From the NCBI GenBank assembly GCA_965203555.1, contig CBDBCY010000004.1, positions 1,440,001-1,504,000 of the forward strand: DNA of 64,000 bases, read 5' to 3'. The notes beneath the pieces were generated by a model. The model was not told where the DNA came from. It did no database searches and worked only from the letters and a program-made list of their open reading frames with translations. The translations under genes were made by a program, and so were the position numbers. Positions 61,117 to 64,000 of the stretch are shown here, piece by piece (within the stretch, counting starts at the first letter, position 1; every line of letters begins with the position of its first letter). This DNA is from Acidimicrobiia bacterium (GTDB lineage: Bacteria > Actinomycetota > Acidimicrobiia > Spongiisociales > ZC4RG35).

Positions 61117-61746
61117 TCAGGTCATCAGCTTTCCCCACTCCGACTCTGCCAGAAAACTTGTCAGCCAGGCACCCCGTGGATGGGTCAGCGCGGCTTGCAG
61201 ATCGGAGGGCCGGTCGAGGTCGAGGGCAAAGCCGAGGCGATAGACCACCTGAGGAGAGTTGTGCCGGAGCCGGGAGAGGTGCCGGTGAAAACTTGCCTTG
61301 CCGTAGGCGAAGTCGAAGCCGGCCCCGACAGGGCCACCTATTACCGAAGTCCCCCCGTCGGAGGAAGGCGCCAGTACCCATCCTCCCGGCGCCATTGCTT
61401 TCATGGCGGCCGTGATGTCCGCCGCAGCCAACAGCGGGAGGTCGGCGTGTATCACCATCCACGGTACGTGGAGTCGAGCAGCCAACTCCAATGCCCCGGC
61501 GGCTGCCGCGTTCAGGGACGGCTCACGGTCCGCGATCGCCTCCCAGCCGTGCTGCTCCGCCCAATCCATCACCGTTCCGTCAGCGGCCAGAACCAGTGGA
61601 CGAGCCCCGGCCTCCGCAATGGCCCCCAAGACCCTGGAGGCCATTTGCAAACTCAGGATTCTTCTGGTTTCGGCTGAGAGAACTGAAGCCAGCCGAGATT
61701 TGGGCGAGATCGACTGTCTCGCCGGGACCGCCGCCAGGACCTCCAT
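61117..61746 (-). CDS. cofC: 2-phospho-L-lactate/phosphoenolpyruvate guanylyltransferase (F420 biosynthesis)
   Basis: KSRL, LNAA, HADLP, DGGT, YG..SFHRH and LDLDRPSDL motifs. Confidence 0.85.
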   Translation of the reverse strand: MEVLAAVPARQSISPKSRLASVLSAETRRILSLQMASRVLGAIAEAGARPLVLAADGTVMDWAEQHGWEAIADREPSLNAAAAGALELAARLHVPWMVIHADLPLLAAADITAAMKAMAPGGWVLAPSSDGGTSVIGGPVGAGFDFAYGKASFHRHLSRLRHNSPQVVYRLGFALDLDRPSDLQAALTHPRGAWLTSFLAESEWGKLMT

Positions 61747-61754
61747 CACCGCGA

Positions 61755-62240
61755 TCAGGAGGAGTCGATCGACAGTCCGGCCAGAACCTCCTCCAGTGTG
61801 TACCCGACCCAAACATCCTCCTCCCATTGGGCGAGTTGGATCAGGACCCCGTTTGTGCTGCGAGGATGCAAAAAGGCCTCGTTCCAATGATCGCCGAAGT
61901 GCAGACCGGTGACGAAAAAGCCCCCTTCCTCAGCTTTCTGCACGGCCTCGGCCAAGTCCTCGACCTGGAAAGTGAGATGGTGCAGACCCTCTCCCCGCTG
62001 CTTCAGGAATCGGTGGAGAAAGGATTCCTCATCCAGCGGCGACATGAGTTCCAGCGATCCCTGGGGCAGGTGGAATTGGACCCATCGAAACCTGTTGCGG
62101 GGGTGATCGGCGCCCTGATAGAAGCGGCCTCCCAGTAACTCGACCAAAGGAAGGGCAGCGCGGATGTCATGGACCGCCCAGGCAACGTGGTCAAGCCGCT
62201 TGACTATCCCGCTCAATCCCAAAGTCGCCTCGGCATCCAT
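61755..62240 (-). CDS. VOC family protein, methylmalonyl-CoA epimerase-like
   Basis: LDHVAWAV, LELMSP, GEGLHHLTF and AFLHP..NGVLIQL motifs. Confidence 0.85.
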   Translation of the reverse strand: MDAEATLGLSGIVKRLDHVAWAVHDIRAALPLVELLGGRFYQGADHPRNRFRWVQFHLPQGSLELMSPLDEESFLHRFLKQRGEGLHHLTFQVEDLAEAVQKAEEGGFFVTGLHFGDHWNEAFLHPRSTNGVLIQLAQWEEDVWVGYTLEEVLAGLSIDSS

Positions 62241-62304
62241 AGCCGGAGGAGGCTACCAGCCGCTCCGGACCGCCAAACCCACCGACTTCGGGCCTTTGAT
62301 GGAT

Positions 62305-63495
62305 TCAGCCAGCCGCAGGCGCCCACCAGTCGGAGAGGACCTCATTGAAGGACAGGGTGGGAACCAGCACCTGCGCCCCTTCCGCAGATCGATAATCCTC
62401 CACCGGGATACTGAGCTGGGACACCTGCGAGGGACTGAGATCTCTGTATCGCCAAGCCCAGTCAACCGCCTCGACGACCGACCAGCCCCTGTCCAGGCGA
62501 AGGGTATGGGACAGGTTCCGCAGTCTCGCCACCAACTCGATATGAGAGGAACTTTGCAGGCCGCCGGCCAGTTTCAGCAACAACTCCCGCTGGTGGCGCT
62601 GGCGAGCAAAGTCAGATCTCCAGGCCTGCTGCCACTCTCCTTCCACCAATTGCCGGGCATTCCGGGACCGGGCGTAGGCCAGGGCGGTGGCTCCGTCCGA
62701 ATAACAACCGGGCTCGGTGATGTCAAGATGGGCTTTTTCGTCGCGCGTGGGGTGCTCGAAGCAGACTTCGACTCCCCCCAGGCCGTCCACCAATTCCACG
62801 AAACCCTCGAAGTCCACCCGTGCAAAGTGGTCCACCTCCACACCGGTGAAGTCAGTGATGGCCATAGCCAAAAGTTCAGGACCGTTGGCAAACCCGGTAC
62901 ATCCGCCCAGATTGGCGTTTACCCGACGAAAGTCCTCGGAGCAGAAGTTGTACAGGTAAAGATCGCGGGGAATCGAAACCATTGCCGGTGGCGCGCCGCC
63001 CTCCGGAAAGAGCGCCAGGATGATGCTGTCAGCCAGATATCCGGTGGCGTCAGCGCCCATCAACAGCACCGTATCGAACATTCCGTCCGGCAACTTGACC
63101 GGACTCCGGGCGAAGGACACCGGCTCGGGGGCCGCCTCCGGTTCTTCCTCCATTGCCTCTGCTTCCTCCTCGCCGAGGTCGAGCGACGCCTCTTCAACTT
63201 CCTCTGCCGGATCTTCGACAACCGGCGACGGCTCTTCGGGGGGCGGGCTGTCGGTTTCCTGCAACTCCTGCTCGGAGATCTCCCTGCGACCCTCCTCCAC
63301 CTCGGCCGGGGTTCGCTGTTCCAAGGCGGCCCTGGCCTCGGGAGGAGAAAAAGGCACGTCGGCGGCAGCTTTGAAGCCGAAGTACAGCCGTAGTCCCACC
63401 ACCGCGAATCCCACCAGAAACACCAGGCCCACCCCGATCCAGATCCGTCGTTGCTTCCTGCGGCGTATTGTTCTGAGCGCAATCCTGCTGGTCAA
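62305..63495 (-). CDS. LytR-CpsA-Psr (LCP) family protein
   Basis: N-terminal TM, acidic linker, ADSII, SIPRDL, ALAYARSR and DFARQRHQ motifs. Confidence 0.92.
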   Translation of the reverse strand: MTSRIALRTIRRRKQRRIWIGVGLVFLVGFAVVGLRLYFGFKAAADVPFSPPEARAALEQRTPAEVEEGRREISEQELQETDSPPPEEPSPVVEDPAEEVEEASLDLGEEEAEAMEEEPEAAPEPVSFARSPVKLPDGMFDTVLLMGADATGYLADSIILALFPEGGAPPAMVSIPRDLYLYNFCSEDFRRVNANLGGCTGFANGPELLAMAITDFTGVEVDHFARVDFEGFVELVDGLGGVEVCFEHPTRDEKAHLDITEPGCYSDGATALAYARSRNARQLVEGEWQQAWRSDFARQRHQRELLLKLAGGLQSSSHIELVARLRNLSHTLRLDRGWSVVEAVDWAWRYRDLSPSQVSQLSIPVEDYRSAEGAQVLVPTLSFNEVLSDWWAPAAG

Positions 63496-63594
63496 GTGAC
63501 TGTTGTTCCTACTGAAGAGCGGTTCCGATACCCCTAACCGAGGGAGGCTACCAGCGTTGCGGTGTCAAGCAGCGCCGCGCCGAGCCGAAGGGCG

Positions 63595-64000
63595 TCAACG
63601 GGCAGCAGGTTCCCACCATTCTGACAGGATCTTGTTGAACGGGCGGGTGGGAACGACCACCAGTTCGCCAAATGGCGTCTCGTATCCGTCCACCGCCACT
63701 CTCAGTTGCGTCACGAGGGAGAGATCCACATCGTGGTATTTCCATGCCCATCCCACCGCTTCGGCGATCGACCACCCGCTGTCCAGGCGGAAAGCGTGAG
63801 AAAGCGCCTGGAAGGAAGAGAGCAGTTCCGCAAGCGAGGACTCTCGCAATTGGTCGGCCAATTGCAATAGAAGTTCCCTCTGGTGCTGTTGACGAGTGAT
63901 ATCGGATGCCCAGGCCCGCTGCCATTCTCCATTCACCAGTTGACGAGCGTTGCGAGACCGGGCGTAGGCCAGAGCGGTTTTACCGTCCACCATTCGACAA
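63595..64000 (-). CDS. Second LCP family protein, C-terminal part (runs off the window)
   Basis: TALAYARSRNARQLV.GEWQ..W.SD..RQ.HQRELL, closely similar to the neighbouring LCP. Confidence 0.88.
   Translation of the reverse strand, partial: CRMVDGKTALAYARSRNARQLVNGEWQRAWASDITRQQHQRELLLQLADQLRESSLAELLSSFQALSHAFRLDSGWSIAEAVGWAWKYHDVDLSLVTQLRVAVDGYETPFGELVVVPTRPFNKILSEWWEPAAR

Overview
High-GC actinobacterial window; gene content and style suggest Acidimicrobiia, which is an inference. The backbone carries catabolic genes, a peptide/nickel-type ABC operon, nuoH-N, fhs, a three-gene selenocysteine formate dehydrogenase, a Fur/Zur-linked metal ABC module, Ku, lysA/hom/thrC, rho-rpmE-DUF1385-prfA-prmC-tsaC, cofC and two LCP genes. 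Two accessory regions stand out. (1) An island of about 11 kb (43.3-54.2 kb) holds divergent GIY-YIG-like and DUF222-HNH nuclease genes with matching promoter motifs. It also holds a ~1.07 kb densely base-paired non-coding region with an embedded atypical tRNA-Trp(CCA), a ~1685-aa Calx-beta-type repeat surface protein split by an intact IS21 element, and decayed phage-type genes. (2) An AlbA_2/Schlafen-ATPase-HTH gene is flanked on both sides by AT-rich palindromes spaced 51-52 bp apart. Both DUF433 antitoxin genes are followed by truncated PIN toxins. All calls come from manual motif reading; no database searches were run.
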